The position numbers were made by a program, and so were the translations under genes. Below, one piece after another: positions 51,594 to 60,525 of a DNA stretch of 64,000 nt (within the stretch, counting starts at the first letter, position 1; the number at the start of each line of letters is the position of its first letter). The notes under the pieces were generated by a model, which was given only the letters and a program-made list of their open reading frames with translations, had not been told where the DNA came from and made no database searches. Origin of the DNA: a virus (Duplodnaviria > Caudoviricetes); the IMG/VR virus record IMGVR_UViG_3300021426_000086, positions 1-64,000 of that record. One strand, given 5' to 3'.

Positions 51594-52104
51594 TACTTTG
51601 GGAGGGAGGAGGAATAAACGGAAAACCTGAATAATACTGGGAATGCGGCGCGGAGCCGCTTAAATACACGGAAAACTTTCACTTTGTTTAGTTGTGAGCG
51701 CTGGGGGAATCCGGGGCAAATTGGGGTATATCGGTAGTGATGTTTTACCCCTTTCGAGAAAAAGGTACAACCAAGGGTACAACAATTTTTCTCTATTTTG
51801 CTATCTCCGAGTTGCAATTTGGCGCTTTGCTGCGCTCGCTCACAAAATTTTTTTTGGGGGATTGGGGCATTGCTTCGTTCGCCATGATGGTGCGGCTGCA
51901 GGTGCTTTCGCCACCCTGAATCGCCGAATTTAACAGATGTACGGGGCACTACGGCGGCTTTTTTCGCACAATTTCGTCGATAACAACGCCTTTTGTAAAC
52001 ATTTCGATAGAAATCTTCGTCCACAACAAAATCACCCATGTAAAGATTTTAGAAACTAATAAAGTAAATAAAGTGAAACTAATAGATATAATAGGAGGAA
52101 TTGA

Positions 52105-53397
52105 ATGATGAATGCTACATTAACTATCATCCACGACCGCAAACGTAAGGCGGTTGGTACCAACAAAGAGGCTGTTTTGGAGGTTCGCGTCACCCGCCAC
52201 CGCCGCAGCATACACGTAAGCACTGGCATCAAGGTTCGCCACAGCGAGTGGGTGGCTGGTCGCGTGGTGGGCCGTCTCGATGCTCAGGTGCTCAACGATC
52301 AGCTGGCCATCATATATAATAAGGTGGGCTCGGCTGTTAACGATGCCATCCGCACGGGACAGCCGATTGATGCCGACGTTATCAAGCACAAGGTGTGGCA
52401 GGTGGCCGAGGAGCGCACCGATAAAGAAACGCTCATCGAGTGGTGCGCGGCGCAGATACCCGTGCTAAACATCAGCGAGGGGGCCAAGAAGCACTATCGC
52501 GCACTCATCAACCGATTGGATGAGTACCGCCGATTGCGCCGATTTGCCGACTGCACGCCCGAGGCTATCTGTCAGTTCGATGCGTGGCTGCACTCCCTGC
52601 GCCGGCCATCCACCAAAGCTGCCCAATCTGCCAAATCTGCCAGGGGACTGCCCCCTGGCATAACCGATAAGCTGCCAGGTAGCTGTCTCCTGGCAGATGT
52701 GCCCGTCACCTTCAGTCGCTTGGGCGATGGGCTCAGCGATGCGGGCGTGTATAACTATCATAAGTGCCTTAAAGCCCTGCTGCGCCGTGCCCGATTGTTC
52801 AACAAGATAGAAACTAACCCTTACGATTTATTAAGAGGCGAGTTCAAACGCGGCGACTGCGAAAACATCGAGTTCCTTACGTGGGATGAGATGCAGCGCA
52901 TCATCCATCTCAACCTGCCCGAAGGCAGCAAACTGCAACGCAGCCGCGACTTATTCGTTTTCCAAATGTTTACTGGTCTGGCCTATAGCGATGCCATGGC
53001 GTTCGACTTCTCGCAGTACCGATGGAATGGCTCGGCGTGGGTGTATCGTGGTCGCCGCGTAAAAACGGGAGTTCCCTTTGTCAGTCAGCTGCTGCCGCCG
53101 GTGGTAGATGTGCTGGAGCGCTATGGCGGACAGCCACCACGCATGGATAATGCCGACTACAATCACGAGCTCAAAACCATCGGCATGCTCGCCCAGTCGT
53201 CGTGCCCGCTCCACTCCCACCTGGCCCGCCACACCTTTGCCACGTGGATGCTGGCCAACGGCGTCAAGGTAGAAAATCTGCGCCGGATGCTGGGCCATAA
53301 GAATATCGCTCAAACCATGCGATACGCCAAGGTGCTCGACCAGTCGGTCATCGACGAATACCAGATGATTGAGGCCAAGCTCGATGCCAGGGGATAA
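52105..53397 (+). CDS. int: Tyrosine recombinase/integrase
   Basis: RDLFVFQMFTGLAYSD, HSHLARHTFATW, LGHKNIAQTMRYA; N-terminal arm-binding-like domain. Confidence 0.92.
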   Translation: MMNATLTIIHDRKRKAVGTNKEAVLEVRVTRHRRSIHVSTGIKVRHSEWVAGRVVGRLDAQVLNDQLAIIYNKVGSAVNDAIRTGQPIDADVIKHKVWQVAEERTDKETLIEWCAAQIPVLNISEGAKKHYRALINRLDEYRRLRRFADCTPEAICQFDAWLHSLRRPSTKAAQSAKSARGLPPGITDKLPGSCLLADVPVTFSRLGDGLSDAGVYNYHKCLKALLRRARLFNKIETNPYDLLRGEFKRGDCENIEFLTWDEMQRIIHLNLPEGSKLQRSRDLFVFQMFTGLAYSDAMAFDFSQYRWNGSAWVYRGRRVKTGVPFVSQLLPPVVDVLERYGGQPPRMDNADYNHELKTIGMLAQSSCPLHSHLARHTFATWMLANGVKVENLRRMLGHKNIAQTMRYAKVLDQSVIDEYQMIEAKLDARG

Positions 53398-53417
53398 AGT
53401 GAACCCTGACATAAGCT

Positions 53418-53457
53418 AAAACCCCGAGGATGACTATCGCAGTCGCCTCGGGGTTTC
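53418..53457. terminator. Terminator between the convergent integrase and endolysin genes
   Basis: AAACCCCGAGG...CCTCGGGGTTT inverted repeat. Confidence 0.7.
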
Positions 53458-53656
53458 AGTGAAACGCTTTTCAATCAATAATTCATTACTCTATTCACAT
53501 TATTAACATTAATGTATGAAAAAACCAACTTTGTTATGAATAACTAAAAACCTAATTACATTATTAAAAAAACTGCCCGAACCTCACGGCGGAGGCAGAA
53601 AAACAAATCTAATCTAAAACAATCTAACTTCAATAAAAGTATTATTATCAATGGAT

Positions 53657-54220
53657 TCAGAACTTCACGATGGTGCGGGCCTTGTCGTTCATCCGTAGGT
53701 AGCTCCATTGGATGCTGTTCAGGCGGTTAAGCCATCCCTGCAGAAACTTCTTCTGCGTGGGGTTGGCTCCCAGTCGGCGCAAATACTCCTCGCGCTCCTT
53801 CCATAGGCGATTGAATAGCTCGCGCTGATCAGGATAACCATTCAGCGCCGCGATGGTCTTGGGGCCTACTGCACCGTCCATCTTCACGCCCAGTATCTTC
53901 TGCGGCAGGCGTATGCCGTAAGCGCCGCTGTTCCAGTACCAGTCCACCACCAAGTTGGCTATGGCCTGGCTCTGTATCTTGTCGGCCTGCCATTTGTCCC
54001 AGTACACGGGCTTCATTATCTCGTATATGGCGTCGTACTCGGTTATCAGCATCACGTCGCGCTCGTCAATGTCGCCGTCGCAGTCCTTGTCGTAGCCATA
54101 TCGGCGCCATGTGGCCAGCGTCACGCCCTTGTTGGTAGCGCCGCCACGGTCGCCCTTCACTTTGTTGTAGCCGCCCTCAAAGCTGAGTATAAACGGCGCA
54201 AGAATTTCTAATTTCGCCAT
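53657..54220 (-). CDS. Endolysin, glycoside hydrolase family 108 with a peptidoglycan-binding domain
   Basis: EGGYNKVKGDRGGATNKGVT catalytic motif; DGAVGPKTIAAL; KFLQGWLNRL. Confidence 0.9.
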   Translation of the reverse strand: MAKLEILAPFILSFEGGYNKVKGDRGGATNKGVTLATWRRYGYDKDCDGDIDERDVMLITEYDAIYEIMKPVYWDKWQADKIQSQAIANLVVDWYWNSGAYGIRLPQKILGVKMDGAVGPKTIAALNGYPDQRELFNRLWKEREEYLRRLGANPTQKKFLQGWLNRLNSIQWSYLRMNDKARTIVKF

Positions 54221-54259
54221 AGTTCTAACTTTTTAGTGTTCATGCCAGGGGACAGGTGG

Positions 54260-54580
54260 TTAATGCGTAACCACCCTTTTGCCGTCGATTTCGATGATTA
54301 GATAGTCGCGTATGCGGCGTATCTGATTGCTCTCGCAGAATTTCACCATGCGCTGATGCTCGCGGGTGTAAACCTTCAGCGTTATCACCATGCCCTCGAT
54401 GAGTTCGCCTTTGCCGGTGATGGCCCGTATGTAGTACGGCTTTTGGCGCACCTGTTTGGCACCCTGCGGCGGATTAAATCCGCTCACCTCGGCGCCCGTC
54501 CGTGCGTCGCGCCACGTCCACACCTCGGTCAGCGCTCTTATCTGCTGCCAACTTATCGTCTGCTGTCCTATCCTCGGCAT
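54260..54580 (-). CDS. Hypothetical protein in the lysis cassette
   Basis: 106 aa; QIRRIRDYLIIEIDG C-terminus. Confidence 0.55.
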   Translation of the reverse strand: MPRIGQQTISWQQIRALTEVWTWRDARTGAEVSGFNPPQGAKQVRQKPYYIRAITGKGELIEGMVITLKVYTREHQRMVKFCESNQIRRIRDYLIIEIDGKRVVTH

Positions 54581-54592
54581 CGTTCTCCATAT

Positions 54593-55240
54593 TTAGTGGC
54601 GCACCATCGGCAGCCAGAATTTGCGGGTAAATATAAACAGCAGTGCCAGCGCCAGTATCAGCAGCCAGCCAAACTTGCGGTCGAACTTGTCAAGCCACGT
54701 TTCGGCGGCCTTGCCTTGCAGCTTCTTGTCGGCCACGCTGTCGGTGCGCTCAAAGTGCGTGCGCAGCTGCTCCAGCTTGGCGTTCCACTCACTGTCGTGG
54801 CGTGTTATCGCCTGCTGCAGTCGCGTTTCAAACTCCTGCACCAGCCGTTCCTCCGTCAGGCGCTGCTGCTTCGACGTGTTGCGATCGGTAACGCGCTGCT
54901 CCTGGCGAACTTCTCGGCCCAGGCTATCCACCCAGCTGGTGATGGTCTCGGTGATGCGTTCGCGCTGCTGCTCTTGCGATTCCTGCTGCGTTGTTACCTG
55001 CGTGGTCACTGCCTTCATGGCGCTATCCATGCGCTGCTCCACGCTCTTGGTTCGTGCCTCCATCATCTGCACAACGCTGGCGCTGTCAAGTCCTATGGTG
55101 CGATACTCGGTGCGGTCTATAATCTTGGTTGGCGCACAGCCCACTATCAGGCTTATCACCAACACCAGCACCACTGCCCAGAAGCACGCCAGGAAGCAGA
55201 TGCCTCCCACGGCGTGCCAGTTAATCTTAGGTTTCGTCAT
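54593..55240 (-). CDS. Candidate unimolecular spanin
   Basis: Hydrophobic signal ending in the lipobox IVGC, helical body, C-terminal TM helix (FGWLLILALALLFIF). Confidence 0.6.
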   Translation of the reverse strand: MTKPKINWHAVGGICFLACFWAVVLVLVISLIVGCAPTKIIDRTEYRTIGLDSASVVQMMEARTKSVEQRMDSAMKAVTTQVTTQQESQEQQRERITETITSWVDSLGREVRQEQRVTDRNTSKQQRLTEERLVQEFETRLQQAITRHDSEWNAKLEQLRTHFERTDSVADKKLQGKAAETWLDKFDRKFGWLLILALALLFIFTRKFWLPMVRH

Positions 55241-55247
55241 AGCGCCG

Positions 55248-55430
55248 TCATTTTTCGGGTTCTGCCTTCACGAACAGGTTGCAGATGGTACTGATGGCAC
55301 CTGTTGCCACGCCGATAGCGGTATTGATGGCCGTAGCGTTGGCTGGCTCGTAATAAGTTACAAAGGCGATAGCGCCTGTAGAAACCGCTGTCAACAGCGA
55401 GTTGATGAGTGTAAACATTTTCTTACTCAT
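55248..55430 (-). CDS. Small holin-like membrane protein
   Basis: 60 aa with two hydrophobic helices, first gene of the lysis cluster. Confidence 0.5.
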   Translation of the reverse strand: MSKKMFTLINSLLTAVSTGAIAFVTYYEPANATAINTAIGVATGAISTICNLFVKAEPEK

Positions 55431-55514
55431 AGTTTTTTTGTTTTTAGTTCAACAATATTGTTAATTGATCTCGATAATGCGAAATTACGAAATGTATCTG
55501 AGCGATGGCTGACA

Positions 55515-56297
55515 TCATGTGCCGTAGGATTTGAGGGTCTCGATATCTTCCTGCGAGATGTATTTCTCGGCGGTGTCGAGGTTGTGCTCCAGGGCAAACT
55601 TTCCCATTCGGTTGATGTAGTCTGGGTCGTTCAGCTTGCGTGTCAGCACGTCAACGGCCAGGTTCACTTGTTTGTCGTCGTTCAGCACCACCTGGCCCTC
55701 GCGCTTGTCGTCGCTCTGCACCCAGATGTCGCACAGCTGGCTCCATGTGTGCAGCACGCGATCGTAGCGCCCATCTTGAAACAGTGCGGTGTAGTCCACG
55801 CCGTATTTCTCTTTCATGCTGCGCATCACCTCGTCAAACTCGCCCACGGCCAGTGTGCAGCAGATGCGTGCGCACTCCAGTCGGGCTTTCAGGTCGGTTC
55901 GGGCGTCGCGATGGTAGTCCATCACCTGTTTGATGGTCATAAAGATGTGAAATATGTGCTGGCGATACTCATGCTCCACGCTGTCGAGATAGTCGAGCCA
56001 CAGTTTCAGTCGGTCGCCAAAGTTCTTGTTGTGCATCGCCTCGTACTCCTCCTGCCGGCGTTCGGTTTCGCGGCACAGCTGCTTGGTGCGCTGTTTGTAA
56101 AGTCCGGCGGCCTTGATGGCGTCGATGGCGTCGCTCACGGCCAGTCGTGCCACCTCGTTGGCCACGCCCACCAGCATGTTCACACGGCTGTTGGTTTCGT
56201 CCCACCCCTGCAGATACTGTTTCGGGGTCAGCTTCGGGTTCATAGCGTGCAGCAGCGCATTGTGGCGCTTCTGATATAATAGTGGATTTATTGGCAT
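55515..56297 (-). CDS. Hypothetical protein
   Basis: 260 aa helical ORF. Confidence 0.55.
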   Translation of the reverse strand: MPINPLLYQKRHNALLHAMNPKLTPKQYLQGWDETNSRVNMLVGVANEVARLAVSDAIDAIKAAGLYKQRTKQLCRETERRQEEYEAMHNKNFGDRLKLWLDYLDSVEHEYRQHIFHIFMTIKQVMDYHRDARTDLKARLECARICCTLAVGEFDEVMRSMKEKYGVDYTALFQDGRYDRVLHTWSQLCDIWVQSDDKREGQVVLNDDKQVNLAVDVLTRKLNDPDYINRMGKFALEHNLDTAEKYISQEDIETLKSYGT

Positions 56298-56320
56298 AGT
56301 TCTACATTAAACATTAAAGA

Positions 56321-56821
56321 TTAAACATTAATTGCGCGGGCGCGGCGGGTTTCCCATGTTTTCTTCGAGCGTTCGCTCAGTTCCTTTTTGTGTGTCATGT
56401 TCCATCGGTGCAGTCCGGCTATGCGTTTCTCGCGCATCTCGGGTGTCTCCTTGTGGCCTTTTTTAAACTCGCCTGCGGGGTTGGCTCGCACGCCCTTCTT
56501 AAATCGGCCTGGGTTGCCAGCCTTGCTGGCTGCTGCCCGTGCCATTATGCGGCGCTCCTCATACATATCGTGCAGCCATGTGGGGTCCTTCTGCAGTCCC
56601 AGCTGCCGTGCCTTGCGTATCATTGTGCGCATGCTCACGCCCAGCCATCCTGCCAGTTCGTCGTTCAGTGTGGTGGCAAAGTTTCGCTTCAGGTAGTCCA
56701 GCATCTGCGTGCTCCAGAATATGCGCGTGCTGTAGCCGTGGTGCTCCATAACCCGCCCGTATTTAGGGTGCAGGTAAATGCCCTCCTTGGCCTTAACATA
56801 ACCATTGTCTTTTTTCTTCAT
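56321..56821 (-). CDS. Basic DNA-binding protein (HTH plus NUMOD3-like repeats)
   Basis: LAGWLGVSMRTMIRKARQLGL; NPGRFKKG...GEFKKGHK. Confidence 0.5.
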   Translation of the reverse strand: MKKKDNGYVKAKEGIYLHPKYGRVMEHHGYSTRIFWSTQMLDYLKRNFATTLNDELAGWLGVSMRTMIRKARQLGLQKDPTWLHDMYEERRIMARAAASKAGNPGRFKKGVRANPAGEFKKGHKETPEMREKRIAGLHRWNMTHKKELSERSKKTWETRRARAINV

Positions 56822-57015
56822 ATCGCCGATGTTATTCTATCTCTACCTGATTGCCGCCGGTGCGCTCCAGGTCTATCAGGCACTCGCCCAGACGTTTCAT
56901 GTCGCGGTCGCAACTTAACAGTACTACCTGATGTGCGCCTTTGTCCTCGATAACTACTTTTACCAAATTGTCCTCATAATGTTTTGTAACTTTCATAATG
57001 TTTTGTTTTTATTGT

Positions 57016-57269
57016 TTATAAATCGTGTTCGATGAATACACATAGGCTGGTGGAGCCTGTCATAATAGTGCCTGCGATGTGACCGCGATCAGTTACGCGG
57101 GCTCTACGGGTTATGCTTGAGGGGTAGTCGATGTCGAACACGCCCTGCGGGTCGCACTCGATGTAGCCTTGTTCGGTGGCTTGGCGGATTCGGAGCACGA
57201 TTTGCCCCCCCTCGCAGCGATTTCAAGGAACGGTCGGGATGATGTTTTATATATCATTGATTCACTCAT
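57016..57269 (-). other. MTase-associated cassette 13, out of frame (G7; G8 restores 84 aa)
   Basis: MSESMIYKTSSRPFLEIAARGG|QIVLRIRQATEQGYIECDPQGVFDIDYPSSITRRARV...FIEHDL; tract 57205-57211. Confidence 0.75.
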
Positions 57270-57460
57270 ATTCTATTAGTATTACCGTCTTTGGATAGTG
57301 AGCCAAGGTGAGGATATCTTCTGGCAGCTGCATGCCGTCGTAACGAGTATTGAGTGTGCAAACACATCCTCCAGTGGTAACATTGACTGGCAGGCAGTAC
57401 CCCCCCCCTAACAGGTTTGGCCGTAGCCTGATTGGTGCAGTGCAGTTTAATCGTATTCAT
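57262..57460 (-). other. Cassette 12, out of frame (G9; G8 restores 65 aa)
   Basis: MNTIKLHCTNQATAKPVRGG|YCLPVNVTTGGCVCTLNTRYDGMQLPEDILTLAHYPKTVILIEYE; tract 57400-57408. Confidence 0.75.
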
Positions 57461-57584
57461 ACTCTATCATTACCATTTGGTTGCGGTCGCTCATCGGGTT
57501 GGCACATACGCTGAAAGCATAGGGCTTGATGCTGAGCGATGGTTTGTCGCGGTCTCCTACTAATTGAATCATCCTATATCTCAT
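57447..57584 (-). CDS. Cassette 11 (45 aa, no tract; paralog of cassette 5)
   Basis: MRYRMIQLVGDRDKPSLSIKPYAFSVCANPMSDRNQMVMIEYEYD. Confidence 0.75.
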   Translation of the reverse strand: MRYRMIQLVGDRDKPSLSIKPYAFSVCANPMSDRNQMVMIEYEYD

Positions 57585-57717
57585 ACTCTATCATAACCTT
57601 TGGGATGTTGCCAGAACCTTCGCCGCTCTTGACGGCACGGCAAATGTCGTTGACGTAATACACATTCTGCGTGAACCACCACGACAGCCTCCCTATTCGC
57701 TTCTTAATCGTATTCAT
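57574..57717 (-). CDS. Cassette 10 (47 aa, no tract)
   Basis: MNTIKKRIGRLSWWFTQNVYYVNDICRAVKSGEGSGNIPKVMIEYEI. Confidence 0.75.
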   Translation of the reverse strand: MNTIKKRIGRLSWWFTQNVYYVNDICRAVKSGEGSGNIPKVMIEYEI

Positions 57718-57853
57718 ACTCAAATAAAATCGAAGTCATGCTGGCTTGCCCCCCCCTCAATAGGGTGGCAGCATAAAACTTGTAGCAGCCGGCAAGGATG
57801 GCCTTGGCGGTGCCGTCGCAGTTACTGTTGATGTATTGTATCTTAATCGTCAT
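57704..57853 (-). CDS. Cassette 9 (49 aa, G8 in frame)
   Basis: MTIKIQYINSNCDGTAKAILAGCYKFYAATLLRGGQASMTSILFEYEYD; tract 57749-57756. Confidence 0.75.
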   Translation of the reverse strand: MTIKIQYINSNCDGTAKAILAGCYKFYAATLLRGGQASMTSILFEYEYD

Positions 57854-57985
57854 ACTCTACAATAATCTTTGGAAGGCCGAAGTCGGTAGTTCCGATGCAA
57901 GGACACCAAGTACCCCCCCAACTATATCGACTACAGCGGCATGGTGCTGCATCGAACCTAATATAGTAATTACCTTATACGTCAT
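57843..57985 (-). other. Cassette 8, out of frame (G7; G8 restores 47 aa)
   Basis: MTYKVITILGSMQHHAAVVDIVGG|GTWCPCIGTTDFGLPKIIVEYDD; tract 57913-57919. Confidence 0.75.
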
Positions 57986-58162
57986 ATTCTATCAGTGCTA
58001 CAGTCATGGGATAGTGTGCCAGTGAGATGATGTTGGTTGGGCCAACGGCATCGTAACGGGTAGTGAGTGTGGCAGCGCAACTGTCGCCAGTGGTGTTGAT
58101 GGCTCTGATTTGCCCCCCCTAATGCGCTTAATCTTCCCAATATTCGTTGTTCTATATTTCAT
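57975..58162 (-). other. Cassette 7, out of frame (G7; G8 restores 62 aa)
   Basis: MKYRTTNIGKIKRIRGG|QIRAINTTGDSCAATLTTRYDAVGPTNIISLAHYPMTVALIEYDV; tract 58113-58119. Confidence 0.75.
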
Positions 58163-58333
58163 ACTCTATCAATATATACGGTGTGGTGTTATACATACCT
58201 GTGGCTGAATCTTTCCCAATACCCCCCCACATAGCGAGGTTATGGTGTTGCACGTCTGTTTTAGGTGATATTTTGAAACATCACCCTTTCCGCTGCCATG
58301 CCGCGTCCATCCTATAAATTTATATTTCAGCAT
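58152..58333 (-). other. Cassette 6, out of frame (G7; G8 restores 60 aa)
   Basis: MLKYKFIGWTRHGSGKGDVSKYHLKQTCNTITSLCGG|GIGKDSATGMYNTTPYILIEYEI; tract 58222-58228. Confidence 0.75.
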
Positions 58334-58457
58334 ACTCTATCAATATCATTTGGTTGCGGTCGCTCATCGGGTTAGCACATACGCTAAAAGCATAGGGCTT
58401 AATGCTTAGCGATGGGGCATCGCGGTCGCCTACCAGTTGTATCATGCTATATATCAT
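58320..58457 (-). CDS. Cassette 5 (45 aa, no tract)
   Basis: MIYSMIQLVGDRDAPSLSIKPYAFSVCANPMSDRNQMILIEYAEI. Confidence 0.75.
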   Translation of the reverse strand: MIYSMIQLVGDRDAPSLSIKPYAFSVCANPMSDRNQMILIEYAEI

Positions 58458-58602
58458 ACTCAACCAAAAAAGATGGTTCCCGATTACCCCCCCCCATACA
58501 GGTTAGCGCGGGGCAAACACCTTGCAGGCTCCATACACCATAGGCAAAGCCCGTGTTGTACTTAGGGTTCTTGCTATTGCCGAGATATATTACTCTATTC
58601 AT
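58447..58602 (-). CDS. Cassette 4 (51 aa, G9 in frame)
   Basis: MNRVIYLGNSKNPKYNTGFAYGVWSLQGVCPALTCMGGGNREPSFLVEYDI; tract 58487-58495. Confidence 0.75.
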   Translation of the reverse strand: MNRVIYLGNSKNPKYNTGFAYGVWSLQGVCPALTCMGGGNREPSFLVEYDI

Positions 58603-58888
58603 AACTCTCTCTCTATCCATACCAGATTATCTTTTTGTACTGATGTGATGGTGTTGGTGGCTTGCGACGACCCGAGTTCGATAACTTGGTGGAATGGTCG
58701 CTCGCCGTGCGGACCACGGAAGCCTACATCCTCTACATCGCGGTTCACCATTGCGCATACTCTCACATTACCCCCCCATATTCAGGGCAGCGGTTGCGCA
58801 GATAGGTTTCTGCACCGCGCCCTCGGCTGGCTGAAATCCTTACGGGTTTCATACCCTCACTTGGTTCTGTATCTTTAATCAGTATCAT
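58599..58888 (-). other. Cassette 3, out of frame (G7; G8 restores 96 aa)
   Basis: MILIKDTEPSEGMKPVRISASRGRG...CPEYGG|GNVRVCAMVNR...ATNTITSVQKDNLVWIEREL; tract 58771-58777. Confidence 0.75.
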
Positions 58889-59039
58889 ATTCTATCAATA
58901 CGCTTACATCGAATTTCGTTGCTTTCAGACTGCGAGATATGTCGGGCAGCGGTGGATGCACGAAGTCGGCTCGCACAAAGGCATAGATGCCGTAGTACCG
59001 CCTTGGGCATTGCCCCCCCCTCAATCCTTTATCACTCAT
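58875..59039 (-). CDS. Cassette 2 (54 aa, G8 in frame)
   Basis: MSDKGLRGGQCPRRYYGIYAFVRADFVHPPLPDISRSLKATKFDVSVLIEYDTD; tract 59013-59020. Confidence 0.75.
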   Translation of the reverse strand: MSDKGLRGGQCPRRYYGIYAFVRADFVHPPLPDISRSLKATKFDVSVLIEYDTD

Positions 59040-59240
59040 ATTCAGTAATCAATAAATTATCTTTCTGTACGCCGGTGATGGTGTTGCTGCAACCATCGGT
59101 GGCAGGGTAGTAGTTGCGGTCGGCAAAGTGGCAGTGCCCCCCCTGTCGCCGTAGGTGCGGCGCACTGCGCGGGCGTGCTCGGTTCGCACACCCCGCAGCA
59201 CGGAACTACTCACCACTTCTGGCTTGTGCAATTTCTTCAT
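59032..59240 (-). other. Cassette 1, out of frame (G7; G8 restores 69 aa)
   Basis: MKKLHKPEVVSSSVLRGVRTEHARAVRRTYGDRGG|HCHFADRNYYPATDGCSNTITGVQKDNLLITEYE; tract 59137-59143. Confidence 0.75.
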
Positions 59241-60525
59241 CGCTCAGCTTGTGATCTGTTACCACGTAGTGAATCTGTGCAGCCTCGGTGGCCTCATTCA
59301 CGGTCAGGAACTTAATCACCGAGTCGGGCTTCAGGAAAAAGCGCTCATCCACATTATCCTCCAGCACATCGGCTATGCACTTATCCAGTTCAAAGGGTCG
59401 CGGAAACTCATACTGTGTGCCATTCAGCAGGTCGGCACGTATGCTCACCATATACACTCGCTCGCGGTTCTGCGGCACGCCGTAGTGCTTGGCGTTCAGT
59501 ATGCCTGCCACGGTTTTGCGGTCGCGCTTGTCGGTGCCCCAAGGGATAGGGAACTGGGGTGCCAGAAAGTTCACGTAGCCGTGGCTCTCAAGCAGTTTGC
59601 ACCACTCTTTAAAATCGGGCATATTCACGCTGTTAATCAGCGCACGTACATTCTCCTGCAACAGCACCTTTGGGCGCATGTGGCGCACGGCTTCCTCGGT
59701 GCTCCACAGCACGGCACTGCGGGTGCCGCTGCCTTTCTTGATGCCCTCGCGCTTGCCGGCCTGACTGATGCTTTGGCAGGGGGTCGAATATGTCAGCAGG
59801 TCGATCTCGGCATCTTCAAGGTTGCTCCAGTCGGCCTTGGTCATATCGCCTCGGTTCAAGTCTTTGTACTGCGGAAACAGCAGGTTGTGGGCCACCACGG
59901 CTGGCTGCTCGTCCAGAGGGCGTGTGCTCTCGGGGTCGAACTCGCTCCATGCCATCAGCTTCCATCTAAAATCCTTATATCGCTGCTGCAGCATATCCAT
60001 GGCTATGGCTTGGCTATCGTAGCCGCTACATAATGTAACCAGTTTCAGTGGTTGTTTCTTCCAGTCGCGCGATAGTCGGAATTGTGGCAGTGCAAACAGG
60101 TCGGTTTGTTCGTTCGGCAGTCGGCGACCGGTGGGGTACATCAGTTCCTCGTAGATATACATCAGCACGTCGCACACTATCGAATTTCCTGCCAGCTTGT
60201 AGTGTGATGAGTTGGAGATAATCTGCACATCGCCGTAGCGCTGCTCTTGACTTGCAGCGATGATGGCCTGATAGGCTTGATCGTAATTCTGTCGTAATAG
60301 TGCGTTTTCCTCGGTATCAGCCTCCTGCTCCTCGGCTGTGATGCGCTGCAGGTCGGCATCGTCGGTTGGCATATCGTCGTCAGATGGTCGGTTCTCAAGG
60401 CTCTCTATGGCCTCGCGGTAGGCTTCGTCAACCTCTCGGCGTGTGGCACCGGGTTCCAGTCCGAATACGGTCAATTGGGCATCTACGCCCGTCCAGGCCA
60501 TATACGGTTTCTTTTCTGTTTTCAT
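59206..60525 (-). CDS. C5-cytosine DNA methyltransferase core, permuted (motifs X, I-VIII)
   Basis: YKLAGNSIV (X) precedes LVTLCSGYDSQ (I), WSEFD (II), TYSTPCQSIS (IV), LQENV (VI) and GVPQNRERVY (VIII); ATG at 60525 overlaps the upstream TGA. Confidence 0.9.
   Translation of the reverse strand: MKTEKKPYMAWTGVDAQLTVFGLEPGATRREVDEAYREAIESLENRPSDDDMPTDDADLQRITAEEQEADTEENALLRQNYDQAYQAIIAASQEQRYGDVQIISNSSHYKLAGNSIVCDVLMYIYEELMYPTGRRLPNEQTDLFALPQFRLSRDWKKQPLKLVTLCSGYDSQAIAMDMLQQRYKDFRWKLMAWSEFDPESTRPLDEQPAVVAHNLLFPQYKDLNRGDMTKADWSNLEDAEIDLLTYSTPCQSISQAGKREGIKKGSGTRSAVLWSTEEAVRHMRPKVLLQENVRALINSVNMPDFKEWCKLLESHGYVNFLAPQFPIPWGTDKRDRKTVAGILNAKHYGVPQNRERVYMVSIRADLLNGTQYEFPRPFELDKCIADVLEDNVDERFFLKPDSVIKFLTVNEATEAAQIHYVVTDHKLSDEEIAQARSGE

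Noticed and set aside
57016-59240. CRISPR array or second DGR target in the repetitive cassette region
   Set aside because: The junction motif is short and degenerate, spacers are protein-coding, there is no cas gene, and there is no similarity to TR.
57266-59240. Track ORFs 57266-57460 and 59049-59240 as real products
   Set aside because: Their C-terminal halves are the shifted frame after the G tract; the alternative frame carries the family motifs.
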